Shown here: piece by piece, positions 1 through 14,000 of the stretch
Position numbering within the stretch: position 1 is the first letter of the stretch
Layout of the letters: each line of letters starts with the position of its first letter
DNA from: Phoronis australis
Lineage: Eukaryota; Animalia; Phoronida
DNA: 64,000 bases
Assembly: GCA_002633005.1 (NCBI GenBank)
Contig: NMRA01000095.1
Location: 239,901-303,900, forward strand
Direction: 5' to 3'
Notes under the pieces: generated by a model
What the model was told of the DNA's origin: nothing
The model's database searches: none
What the model saw: the letters and a program-made list of their open reading frames with translations, nothing else
Position numbers and translations under genes: made by a program

Positions 1-1834
1 CATCATGAACGCCATAATTTACATTACTTCCATTCAGAAATCAGAAGAAGTGTTTCCATGAATGGTGCTATGAATGACGACCTGACTATGCAGCCACGTC
101 AGTAGCCTGCAGACGGGGCGNGGGGCATCCAGTTACTATGAATTGTGACAGCTTTGCGCAGTTAAATCTCTGATTGATTACCGTTTCTATTTTGTTTTGT
201 CTTTTTCACTTTTCTTAGTAAGACTAGGGCCCATGCCTTTGAGTAGAGGGAGGGCATAAAATAAAAAAAAATCGAAGGGGCACCACCAAACCTCTCAGTG
301 CCGGCTGATTCACGTCACCCAAGTTTGAGTGTACCTTTGTTATTTCCCACTAGCAGGTCCAATAAATCTCTCAATAACCGTTTGTCTCCTTGGGACTGCA
401 TTCACCAGACCAAGTCTCTTACAAAAACTGAGGTCATGCAAGTATTCGCCAGTGGCGGATTTGGGGGGGGGCATGACCCCACCTAAAATTCTACCAGATA
501 CCATTTGGNGGATATAACCCATGCTTCATGAATACAAACATGCCAAACACAAGTTTAAAAATTTTTGAAAAAATAACATTTCTCCTATTTTACAAGGTCA
601 TGTGCAAACAGTCCAAAGTAAAGAATAATAGATATCAATACTGTTCAAAAATAAATGAACAGCTCTGAACAGCATTGAACAGTGGACAAGGAATTTGAAA
701 CAAACAGTACCATCATTAGAAAATAACAAATACATGTATGTACAATGGCTTAAACTAAACAATGCTACACACACAGTGTTTCAAAGATGGTATTCCCAGG
801 CAAAGCTGTATTTTGTGCATGGCTATTCAACTGCTCAACCATCAGCTGGTTACTCTTTGCTACTGTACACCTGTTCTTTACTATGATGGTGAACAACTGT
901 GGTGACGTAACAACAACCTTGAGCTGTACTCTATACTGTCTGTGCTCACCCATCTCTGAGTGACTACAGCAAACAGTCTTTATCCTGTACTCCCTACAGT
1001 TTCTGCTCAACCAACTCAGAGTCACTGCAGCAAACAGTCCTTATCCTTGTACCAAGCTAAACAATACCAAGCTTGGTCACATCTTTTATGAAATCTTTTC
1101 TGATACACGGTAATTTGGTATAAACTTGAGCTCTCTTACACCAATCATGGATGTGTAACCTTCAGTAATATGGGTCAATATTAATGTTTCAGCTATTGAA
1201 GCTTAAGCCATTGATGGATACTAGGAACATGTTGGGAATTATAATTAAGACACTGATGAAATTATAAGCAGTTGGTGTTTTTGATATCACATGTCTTGGC
1301 CAGCATATACACTAAAGTTTTTGAACTTTGAAAACTAGACAAGAAATGAGATTTTTAACGTGAAACTTTTGAACAAGGACGCCAATAACCCGCCGCTTAT
1401 GCAATGTAATTGGGCCAATTACCAAACCAGCAGGAAGCAGTTAGATTTTGAAGTAAGCCACGTGACATCATACAATTCTTGGCATGATTCCCATAGGCAC
1501 TTTGTAGTCTGTACTAGTACACTAGAACTTTTCCGAAAAATACACCTCACATTGGCAAAACCATTACTGGCAGGTTGCTAAAAATACCTTTTGACCAAAT
1601 GCTTTGGTAAATTAAGATTTGTGTCTCAAACGTTTCAACATAATTGTTGACATTACCATTTTTCTGCAAAGATGGCACTGGGTGTAAGCGTAGCGATGTT
1701 GGCAGACAAGTTTCTAACACTAGCTGCCTACACTCAATACAACATCAAACATATTCAATGATGCAGAACATGTGATGCTGCAGTTTGTGTCAGTAGATTG
1801 GCATACGAGGCACACAACCTATGCAGAGGACTGC

Positions 1835-2082
1835 CATTGAATTGTTCACAACACTGTCCAGTCCAGCTCATCTGCCACCTCTCCAACATTGAACTGTTCA
1901 CAATACTGTCCACTCCAGCTCAACTGCTATCTCCCGAACATTGAACTGTTCACAACATTGTCCAGTCCAGCTCATCTACCACCTCCCAACACGAACTGTT
2001 CACAATACTGTCCACTCCAGCTCATGTGCCACCTCCCCAACTTTGAACTGTTCACAACATTGTCCAGTCCAGCCCCACCTCC
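1835..2082. repeat. ~52-bp minisatellite (about 4.7 copies) overlapping the BBS12 stop codon
   Basis: Units start at about 1837, 1889, 1941, 1991 and 2043 (ttgaactgttcacaa..tgtcca.tccagctca....ccacct), with two alternating variants. Confidence 0.9.
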
Positions 2083-5000
2083 TCGACAGCTGTTAAGCCT
2101 GTAAAAATCTGTTGATCAGTCAACAACCTCAGACACACCAAGTTCATAGCAGACCGCCAACACTCAATTTTAGATTGATAATCATCGTACACATCGCCTC
2201 CTTCCAGACAACCATCATCAGTTGACTCCTCCCACTTATCCCTGTCTCCATGGACACCATTTTTGACAAGCTGCTGGTAGTAGGAGTAGAAACCAGTAGC
2301 CACACATTCCATGACAGTGTGATGGTAACCACTGGTAGCTTCATCTGAAACATAAACATCATTTTACCAAAGTCAAGGTCCTGGGACGAAAGCAAGACAT
2401 CTGGGTCTAGGTTATTACAAAACAACAACACCCGGAAGCATGTACCTAAGACATAAAGCAAGCAGGTAGAGATACAAGAACTGGCATTCTAATCAGACCT
2501 AATGCAGTTTTAAGTCAATATGAGAGATACACAGTCAATAATGGGCAGTTACAATACCTGACAAGTTCTTTAAGTATTTCCAGCATGCCAGTTCAGCAAT
2601 GCCTCCTCCTTGTAACAGCTTCCCACACTGTAAACTGTTCCTGACTCGGCACAAACAGTGGTTGAAGTCTTCTTTATAGAGGAATGCAACAGGAGTGCAA
2701 GGATGACATAGAACAACACTCTGGTGGTAAAAAGAATGTACAAACTTAATGACTTGTTGACCACACCTTCTGAACCAATGAGGAAAAAGAAAGACAAATA
2801 CATTCAACAGGTGTAGCATATTCACAAAAAAGCAATGATTTCAATGTTTTCCAGTTCACATCATTAAGAACAAGATAAACGCGGAGTGTTGAGATGCGCC
2901 CACGAATGCATGGCAAATGGTGTGCTTTTAGGGTTGTTTATTTTTGTCATGAAAATGGCTACTAGATGGCGCAAAAAGGTACAATCCATCTGAAAACGAA
3001 AACATGTCATTGCTTCTTTAATAGAAAGCTATACACCAAATTTCATAGAAATCCGTCACGGAACTTCAGAGAAACAAAGGAAAACAGATTGAAATGAAAT
3101 TGCCACTAGGGAGCACACTGTTCATTGGATCCGCCTGAATGTCGTCATTGTCAGTTGCTAGATTCATATAAATACACTTACTATCAAATTTAATGCAGAT
3201 CCTGCAGTCCGTTTAGGAGATCCAGCTATGGGCGCAAAACAAAAAACTACCACTAGGAGGTGCCACAGTAGTCAAAGTTGTCATCGTCAACTGTCCTCTT
3301 CACACTGAGAACACATACGCCAATTTTCAAAACCATTCTTAGAATGATTTGGTTGATAGAGAGGTAGATGCCAAAAAACACTCGAAAACAGCAAAAATGG
3401 CCATTAGGTGGTGCACAATACCTTGATTCCATCCAAAAATGGGAAGATAGCATCATCTCACCAACAGATGCCTACATTCAAAATTTTACAAAAATCTGTT
3501 GAGGACCTTTGAAGTTACAGAGGTGAACGTAAAACAAAAATTGCCACCAGGGGGCACACCAGTAGTCCGATCCATCCGAAAATCGTCATTGTCTGTTGTC
3601 AACATCATATACACACTTATCAAATTTAGTAAAGATCCTGCAAACGGTTTAGGAGATATAGCCATAGGTGCATAGTATACAAAAACAAAACTGCCACTAG
3701 GAGGTGCCACAGTAGTTGAAGCCGTTGGAAAATCATCGTCAACCATCCTCTTCATAGTAAAAACATACATGCCAATTTTCACAATCATGCTTAGAGCAGT
3801 TTGGTTGATAGAGGGGTGGACGCTAAAAACAGACTAGAAAACAGTGAAAATGGCCAATACGTGGCACAAACTACGTCAAATCCATCCGATACTGTTGTCT
3901 CATTAATGATGCTTATATACCAAATTTTGTGCAAATATGTTGAGGAACTTTGAAGATAGACGTAAATGAAAAAAAAAAAAATTGCCACTAGGGGGCACAC
4001 CGGTAGTTGGATCCGTCTAAAAGTTCGCTCATGATGTCCCATCCATGAAAGAAGCACAAGTGCAAAATTTTGTCAATTGGTTTCGGAGATAGAGCAGCGG
4101 ACGCCAGACAGATGCTGCCCGGACGGATGGACGGACAGTGATGATGGCGTAATGCGTCCACATATAAATATGCGGGTGCATAAAAAACTAATTTAAAACA
4201 AATCTCACACAAGACAGAAATTAACAACTTACCCGAATGTTATACCCAAAACTAAGTTGAGCATAAGTTACTGACACATTTCCTAACCAGTCATCTTTCA
4301 GTCCGGCCACATTCACATGTCTGATCACATGATTTGCTGTGGCATTGTTGAGGTCAGAAATCATGTGACAGCCAGTGCACTCAGCAACAACCGACATATG
4401 GTGGTATGGCACACTGTCAAATATAATGATGTCTTCAGCCAGGCACACGTCATACATGGTGCTATCAACTTGACCTTTCACTAAAACACCGTTAACGGCT
4501 AACTGGAAATAAGAAAGAGATGAATTGTAATATTTTTATTTAAAACGCACTTTCTGTCACAAAAAAACCTTCTAATTTAGACCACTTACACAACTGGTTT
4601 CAAATTGTTCTTTAATGGAAGTAGATGTGATTTCTGACATTGGAACTAACAGTTCGTTATCACTAGATCAGGCTTTATATGATGATGTGTCATGGAATGT
4701 TGTTCAATTTACAAAATATTAAACTCGAAAGTGGGGTTACGTCATACCCTTAGTCAGAGGCCACTATAAGGAGCTACAGGTATGCTGGAATTCTCCACTT
4801 ATTGTCCACAAAACGTAATGCCAAAGTTGTCATTTTCCATTTTAATTTCTAAATCCGTTTATTTCACTGGAAATCGTGTAAATTTTACCAAGTTATTGTT
4901 TTCTAACAACAGTACAAACCATGCCAGTAATAAACTATGATTTCCTTGCTCTTTTATTTATGGGGAGAAATTTTGTGGAGAATCCCTTGTCGGCAGTATT

Positions 5001-8000
5001 GTGAGATAAGTAAATGAAAAAGCATCATATATCGGCGACAGTTCATAACAACACTAGACACAGGCAGAAAATTGTCTTCTTGTTCATGTGTTTTGTAATC
5101 ATAAGGTCTGTGTTCTGTAGACTTTAGATGAACATGAGATTGTAAAAAAACAAGTTATGCAATGTATGAGTATTTGTAATTAATGACCACGGTTATTAAA
5201 GAGTCTGAAACATTCAGGCAGTTTCCAAAATATTTGTCATTAATTTCGACAAAAGGAACAGCAAATTTAAAGAACTGATCTGGTTAGTGCAGCGCCGCAC
5301 TGCAATGTCCAAAGAGAATCACAGCTCACCATACTTACACTCAATAGATGGCGCTTCACTCTGTTGTACCATTCATGGCCACTAGGTACCACTTCATCGT
5401 ATACAGCATGAGTCTTTACTGACTGCTTGTATCCCAGATGCTTAAAGCTGGGTGTCAAATCACCATTAAGAAGCTGCAATACATATCACCATATTAAGAT
5501 ATTCAATAACATTGATTTCTGATTTGTCACCCAGTTATATCATTACATTATGAATTAGTCACACAGTAACTGCAATTATATCACTCTGGCTTTAAGTTCA
5601 GCCTGATCATAAAGATAACAAGTGCAATGCGGAGCGGATGAAATGCGCCCATGAATGCATTGCAAACGGTGTACTTCTAGGGTGTTTATTTGTATCATAA
5701 AAATGGCCACCGTATTGAGCAAAATACTTCGAGTACATCAAAAAACGGTAAATGCTACCGTTTATTAACAGAAAGCTATTTACCTCATTTCATGAAAATC
5801 CGTCACAGAAATTTAGAGAAACAGCAAAATGGAAAAAGGAAATTGCCACTAGGAGGCAAAGCGTTCGTCGGATCCGTCTGAAAGTTGTTGTCTTCCCCCG
5901 TCAACTTCATATGAATATACTTGCTAAATTTATTAAAGATCCTGCAGAGGGCTTAGGAGATAAAGTTAAGGGTGCAAAAAAAACTGCCACCAGCAGGCGC
6001 CACAGTAATTGAAGTCGTAAATCATCATCAACTGTCCTCTTCATAGTAACAACATATAAGCCAAATTTGGTTTGGTTGACAGATGGCGGACGCCAAAAAC
6101 AAGACAACAGTAAAATGGCCACTAGATGGTGCAAAATATGTCGAATCCATCTGAAAACCGGAAAATATCACAGTTTCTTTACAAGAAAGCTACTACCAAA
6201 ATTCCATGAAAATAAGTTGGAGAACTTCAGAGAAACATGAAAACAGAAAAAAGGAAATTGCCACTAGGGGGCAGTGTTCGTTGCATCTGTCTCAAAGTCG
6301 TCGTCTTACGTTGTTAACTTCATATCACTATACGTGCTAAACTTAAAAAAGATCTTGCAGAGGGCTTAGGAGATACAGGTATGGGCGCAAAAAAACTGAC
6401 ATTAGGAGGCGCCACAGCAGTCGAAGTCGTCGGAAAATCATTGCCAATTGCCCTCTTCATAGTAAGAACATACATGCTAATTCTCACAATCATCCTTAGA
6501 GTGGTTTGGTTGACGGAGGGACAGATGCCAAAACTAGACTTAAAAATGGCCACTAGGTGACGCAAAATACCTTGAATCCATCCGAAAATGGGAGGATAGC
6601 GTCACCTCATTGATAGATGCATAGGTGCCAAATTTTACTGAAATCCTGTAAGGACCAAAGTTTGAAAATACAGACTGAGGTACACGTAAAAAGTAAAATT
6701 GCCACAGACTAGAGGCACACCGGTAGTCCGATCTGTCAAAAGTCGTTGTCGTCCGTTTTCAACTTAATATAAAGACATCTCCTACATTTAATAAAGATCC
6801 TGTAGACCATTTAGAAGATACAGCCATGGGTGCAAAAACAAAACTGCCACCAGGAGGCGCTACAGTAGTCACACTTGTCGGAAAATAATAGTCAACTGTC
6901 CTCTTCGTACATGCTCATTTTCATAATCATCCAAAGAGTGGTTTGGTTGATAGAGGGGTGGATGCCAAAAAACGGACCCGAAAATAGTGAAATGGCCACT
7001 AGATGGCGCAAAATGCTTCAAATCCATCCGAAAATGGGAGGATAGCATCACCTCATTAATAGATGCCTATGTACCAGATTTCATGAAAATCGGTTGAGGA
7101 CTTTGAAGATACAGATGCAAACTAAAATTGCCAATAGGGGGCGCAGTGGTACTCGGGTCGGTCCAAAACTCATCGCCCTATGTCGTCAACCCCATAGGAG
7201 CACACCTGCCAAATTTCAGTAAGATCCTTAATCGAGATAACGCCACGGATGCCGGATGCTCAGACTGGGATGACGGCAATATGCACCCACACATAAATAT
7301 GTGGGAGAATAAAAATGAATTCACCTGACCAAAATGATATATGAATCAAAACACAAGCATGCATCACGTCAAAAACAGCTTGGAAAGAGGAGTGACAAAT
7401 ATGCCGTGCAAGTTTGACTGATTTGCAAAAGGTGCAGGACCCTAAGCCATAGTAATGCACCGCATTGACAATGAAAGTATAAGGGTTTTTAAATTTGCTT
7501 AATTACCACAAAATTCCTTGTTTTCTTCTCATTAACAATAAAGGTCATTGCTGCAGGTACCTGGACCACCATTCCATTCACCAGATGACCTCCACGTTGA
7601 CCTTGACCTTCCATTGCACAGCTGATAAGTTGATTTGTGGAAAACCTGTCAAGAAAATAACCAGAAAAAAGACAAATGAAAGTTGAATAACACGTATTAC
7701 AGTGGTAACTGCTTATGACATTCACACGGATTCGACCTAAATTATCCATTGAGTGGCATATGACTAGGCAGCGATCACATGCACTCTTATCAGCTGATCC
7801 TGCACAGAGGCACTGGGCAAAACAACACAGTTAACGGGTTTGTAGACAAGTTTATTGATGAGAATTTGTTTGAAACCTGAATGCTTCTCAATGAATGCCT
7901 TTCAGATGAATCACACAAGATGAACTTTAACCTTTGCTCATGACTTCCATGTAGTGATAGATTTCACTACAATTTTATATCTGATTAAATTCGACATATT

Positions 8001-11000
8001 GTTTCTGCGATTCAAACAAAGTTTAAATATCCTATGAAGACATCACTACAGCAGGAAGTAACTGATTTACCCCCCCCNCCCCCCCCCCCCTACCCCCTTC
8101 TTTCAAGTTCCAAAATGTAAATGAATTGAAGATGAATTAGACTGTCTGACATTTACATAGAAAAGCAATTAGGGTGGGAATCAATTTTTGGAGATTTTCT
8201 AACGTCAATGTCTTGGAATGTGAAAGTAAATCACGACATGGGTTATTTCACAAGTGACTAATGGGACATAATTCGGTTTTTGATATCAAGTGGATTCGAC
8301 TGCATTATCGTATTTTATAATACATGGACCACCAATTCTGTATAGCTCATTGCAAAATATTGGCAATTTGGCACACAAACCAACAATACAACTACAGTTT
8401 CATTATTGCCCGCGCCAACACACTTCACAATTCACAATGTCACTAGTGGCACCTAGTGTGATTACTTGACGTTTCACTCAAGGCAAGAACGTCGTCTGCT
8501 CACCAACTAGAAGCAGAGTTGACATTTACTTACACAGACCAATCCTTCCCTGGACCCTGATTGGTCAATGCCTCTATGACCAATGCCATGAGGTCATCAT
8601 TGCCATGACTTAAACCAACACCAACACTCTTCAACAGATGGCAGTGTTTGTCCGTACATGTTGACACATCTCTCTCCACTATTGACTGACTGTAACCATA
8701 GTGGTCAGGTGACTGGTGCGTAGCTCTGGTAAACACTTCACTATTTCCACGAAGTGTTGTCTGCACATCAACAGCCTGAGACTGTTTTCCAATAGCTAGA
8801 CTGGAGGCTTGGTTATATTCAACTGATGACTTGTTTGTGACCTTGAGTGGTGAGGTTGTCACAGAACTATCATCTGATCCACCAAGTACATCTTCCTTCC
8901 ACCTCTCACTCAGGTGACTGTTGTCATGGTAACTGTCCTGGTCACCTCCATTATCACACTGATTGATCTCATCAACAGTTACTTCAAATGTTTTGTAATG
9001 TCTGCTTTGGTTAAGTACCTGAATTGCAGATTTGGTCTTTTTCTTTTCGCTCAGTTTCTCAGCCAGCAGTCTTTCAAAATTGTCCTCAACACTATTGCAG
9101 ACAGTCTGAGATTCTTTGAAACTGAATGGCAGTTGGGTGTTATGAGCACTAGGATCAACAAAAAGTTCAGCAACATCGTAGGTGAGTTTTTTATCAGGAG
9201 AGACTTGTTTGTCAGATGACTGATTTGCATATTCAATGCCATCAAAGCAAGCATCAAATTCATCATCACATGCAGCAATACTAGCGCCATCTACTGTCTG
9301 CTTTGTTCTTGTGTCACTGATCTCCACTGGAACATGGTCCTTTAGTGAACACATCTCTTCCAAACGGTATCCGGGCATAATGGGAAGACCCTCCTCAACA
9401 GAATCACAGTTCACATTTGGTTTCATATTTAAAATGTCCCCCTGGAGGTGAGACAGAACTTGTGATGTTTCTGAGATCAACGCATCAACGTTTGTAATTT
9501 CCTCCTCCTCCTCCCCATCAAAATACCAAGCAACATCACCTTCCCACTTAGAGGCACATACACCAAGCGACTTAGGATTACGGAGGTCAGATTCTGTCTT
9601 GCTTACAGAGTCAATAGCAACAAGTCGTCGAGGAAGGGTAGGCTTTACTTTGTTGGTATCTACAACAGTTTCAGGTTGTGTGATGATGCGTCCCTTGTCC
9701 TCGCTCTCAACTGGCTGGGGATCAGAACAAAATGTGTCCTTTCTGAGACAGGTGTCCTCGACCGTGTCGGGGACAGAAAGACTGACCACACAGTCTGTGA
9801 GGTTCTCGATGCACTGGTCCAAACTGCTCAACATGGACTCAACAATCGTCGCAGCTGGCACCCCCTGGAGGAAGAAGCAAGAAATAAGGATTTTACATAA
9901 TGTGAAATAATTCCATCGAACCCATTACTGTATGATACAATCTTAACTATTTAGGACACAATATGGTAGACAAGTGGAATTTTATATTCTCATTGTCTCC
10001 AAGAAAGATATAAGTGCCAAATCAATGCTCTTTATGTTCAAATTCTGTGTCAAACATTACATCACGCAATAATTGATAGTTTTTGAGCATTCACAATAAT
10101 ATTAAGAAACTTTGAAAATAAAAGACAACACATTACAAAAAATATTTTTGTTCAATAGTGGTGAAACCCAATCAAAGAGAAAATTTTTGAAGGACCTTGA
10201 ACTATAGTAATTACAAAATATACAGTTCTGGCAAAATTGTATGTTAGTGCAAATACTATATTACTACCAGTGTTAGCGTATTCTGTATTTATTTATAACT
10301 AGCATTTAACACTGTACGTCAGTATATTGTATTATAACCAGCAATCTTAAAAACATTAATTTGGCAATTTTCAACCTACTTCATATTCACACTAACACTA
10401 AATGCAGTATTAATCTAACTAATTTGACCAAGAAATCACTGAGATAAGGAATTAGTGTGCAAGTTCCACTTTAAGTGACTGTGTAATGAACCGAATCATA
10501 CAGTTATCTACATGATAGTCAGGACAAATTGTCACATGATACTTCTGTCACGAATGCGAAAAGTGCCGTTTACACTACAAAAGTTGACACGGATCAGCTG
10601 ACACGGATCAGCTGACACGGATCAGCTGACACGGATCAGCTGACACGGATCAGCTGACACGGATCAGCTGACACGGATCAGCTGACACGGAACAAGTATG
10701 TGTGTAAACGAGACTGAAATGGAGCAAATTGACACGGCGGTGACAACATTTGCCACCCGTTTGTGAGGTAGAGCAATTTGCCCTAAACATCTTGCTCCAT
10801 GTCAATTATGTGTCTAAATGTGAAAGTGGGGCAAGGCGGAAAGGATCATCTCTACTGCGCTTGTGCAATGACCTAAATACAGATTCTGGGTCTCTTCAAA
10901 TCCCGTCATTTGTAAACCTGTGCATGTGTGATCCACTCCCCCACCTACAATTTCCTTCTTGCTTCAGTCAGTGAGTTGTGTGTGTGTGTGTGTGTGTGTG

Positions 11001-14000
11001 TAAACGGACGCTTGACACCGATCAACTTGCTAAGTGTCAGTTGTCCCGGGCCAAAAGTTGATGTCTAAATGGGACTCAAATCAATGTATAGGCTACTACA
11101 TTGGGTTTCCACCTTACCTGTGCCAACAGATAGAGTGCAGAGTCTTCCCAGAATGATGTCATGGCAACCAATGTCTTACAGTTAGTTCCATACATCTTGT
11201 GATGAGCTTCCACTGTCTCGTTCAGCATAAACTCAAAGTGACTCTGGTGAGAGAAAATGGAAATTGTCACAGAAAAGTTGCTCTATAGGAGTCATACTTT
11301 GTTCTCAAGCATACTTTGGATTCTTGTTATCACAATAAGAGGTTTCCAAGTTGATGGACAGTTTATTTTTGCTAAAAATTAGCAAAATTTTGGAGGACAA
11401 AACTTAGGACTTTTACTTTTTAGTAATTCAGCGGACTCTCAATTTCTGTCCCGTTTTCATCATATATTTGGCAAAGCTAGACAAACTCAAAGTGTAATCA
11501 GGTCACAAACTGAAGTCACTTCGAATAAATCATATTTGTGGTGAAAATTTGGCAACTAACCAAATAAATAAATTCCACTCATTGCAAAATTCACCTAATT
11601 CGGTAATGCTAACTTGCTCAAAACTGAGCACTAGAGCTGTTTAGCAAATTTTGAGAAGTAGTTTTTTAATGGAAAACAGTCAACATACAATTTTAACACT
11701 GTGAGAGCCCAAACATCCTTTGTTTGATCCAATTTCAGGTTTTGTTGTGCAGTGCAGGATGAATCGCAACTTCTTCCATTCACACAAATTTGAAATTTTT
11801 TTCGGAAATAGTTTGAAGATCTCACTGTACAAGACTCTGATGGACTCAGTGAAGAGGACAGAGAATTTATAACCAAGCTGCATTAACCACATACATGAAT
11901 GCAGAACAGTCTAGACCAACTACATATATGTGGTACGTCATTAGGCCACTGCTATATACATGTACATGTATATCATATGCTACAACAGCACATTATTAAA
12001 CAAAATAATATGGCAAGGGCTTGGAAATGACATGGCCATACATAGTCATAATATGGTTTAATAATCAATGAGCAACCACTTCCACTTTCTCAGTTAAGTG
12101 GCTATACTGAGAAACTCTGAGTGAGAAATAAGAACTTCAAGGTTAAACAGCATGTTTTCATAATCCTTAAATTACTAATCAAACAAGAATAGCATGTTGT
12201 ATGTTTGACAACAGTCTAGTACTACATGTCAACTGACAACAGTTTCTACTTAAATAGGTTGCTAAGAAATAGGCTTGAAGATATTTGACAAGGCAATGAT
12301 CTTTGACAGAAAGTCACACACATCAAATGACATGACTGTACTTATTAGAAATATTTCCAACCTTATGCTTAACTGCTTGGTGAAGATGTGAATTCAACAT
12401 CAAATATAAATCATTTGGCATGAAGCAGTTACCATGATAAGAATCAATTGTTTATCACAAAATTCAAGTAGACTTTTTAAAAATTGTGGAGGCGATGTTT
12501 TATTAAAAGTTTTGGATTTCTATTAGCCTGAGGTTTTCGCATCATTTTCTGAAATGAACCAATGGATTCTTTTTGTTGTAATAGTTAGTTTACATTCTTA
12601 AGGCAAGAGAAGTCAGACTATTTTACACCACAAAATTCACCTTAGAAAGTAACCAGGCACAGTGTCAAACCATCACTTCAGTCCATAAACCATACTAAAT
12701 ATAAACATCTCATTTAAGACTCCGAGCCCCAGCTGCAGATTCTCAGGCAAATATTAAGTTCAAAACACAAGTCATTGGGCACAGCACATTGTTTACAACT
12801 GAACAATACAAACACTTTAATTTTACACAAACTAAATATTTATACAGAAATCAAATGTATGACCATTACAGGAATTTTAGATGCAACACTGAAAATACAT
12901 TAATTCTCCAAAGAAGTCCCGGAAATCATTTGGAGAATTCTGAAAAATAGGCCGGACTACTATTTCAGGTCATTTACAGCCCACCATCATTTACACATTC
13001 TCAGCTGTTGTCTGCCATATAAGGTCAAAAAACAAAATGTCAAGTGACCTTGCCCTTGTTTACCATTATCTTTCAGTTCATTTTGGATGACCGTGTCATA
13101 ATATACCAGGACAATGTTGTGTTTAGGGACTACTTCACTGTTTATGATCAAGAAATATGTGAAAAATGCTTCAAAGTTTTTTCAAGTACTCTATTTATTA
13201 ATTCACCTCCTTTGTTGCTGATATCTTTCCTTCTCATTCAATCTGCTCACTGAAGTAAATATAAAGACTGTCACTCACTAGAATACTTCCCTTGCCAAAG
13301 ACCACTACCACTAAATACATATGTTTGACTCATTAGCAAGTTGAAAGAACGAGTAATGAGGTAGAACTGCTTGTAAACACCAGATGAGCAGCAAATACTG
13401 ACAAACTAAACAGCAACAGACTGTTTTTTTTTTGGTAGTTCGCAGAAATAGCAATTTTCAGAAATATAAAATAAAATTTAATGCATTGCACAGTGTTCAC
13501 CAGATACCATAATTATGAAAACACATCCACTGTGTAAATACATTGATTGTGAACTTCCTGGTAGGTTATCTTTGGAACAGCAACTTTTGCCAGGAAATGA
13601 TCAGGGCAGAGAGTTTGACATGAGACTTATAAACAGCAGGAGGCCTCAATGAACATGACCCTTGACCTTCAAGTGAGGTATATAAGTTGGTAGACTAGAT
13701 AACCTTGCCTACAGTTCATGTGGAAACAACAGAAAATGGATGGAATTTTAAATATAACATTCAATGAGTATGATGGCATAGAGAAACTTGGAAATGATAC
13801 ATCAGACTCATTTGAACTTGAAGAGAAAGGATTATGGATGTCTGTGTTTTACCCAATTTTACTCACTATCTTGATAATAGTGACACTCACAGGTAAGTAA
13901 TAATCAGATGACTGATTTAAATTACATTTGGTTCTGTGGTAAAGATCAACTGATTCAGAGCAATTTGCTCAAGGCATTCCATGATGTACTTAGAATAAGT

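Noticed and set aside
2721-2825. Upstream extension of BBS12 exon 9 (MNMLHLLNVF...)
   Set aside because: It is an intronic polypyrimidine region; only the acceptor at 2721/2720 matches the phase of the preceding exon.
2869-7315. Regularly spaced motif resembling a CRISPR array, and many short ORFs
   Set aside because: The DNA is eukaryotic with no cas genes. The spacers are homologous to one another, and the ORFs are translations of the repeat.
8069-8097. Poly-C tract (possible G-quadruplex)
   Set aside because: A simple homopolymer containing an N; its length is unreliable.
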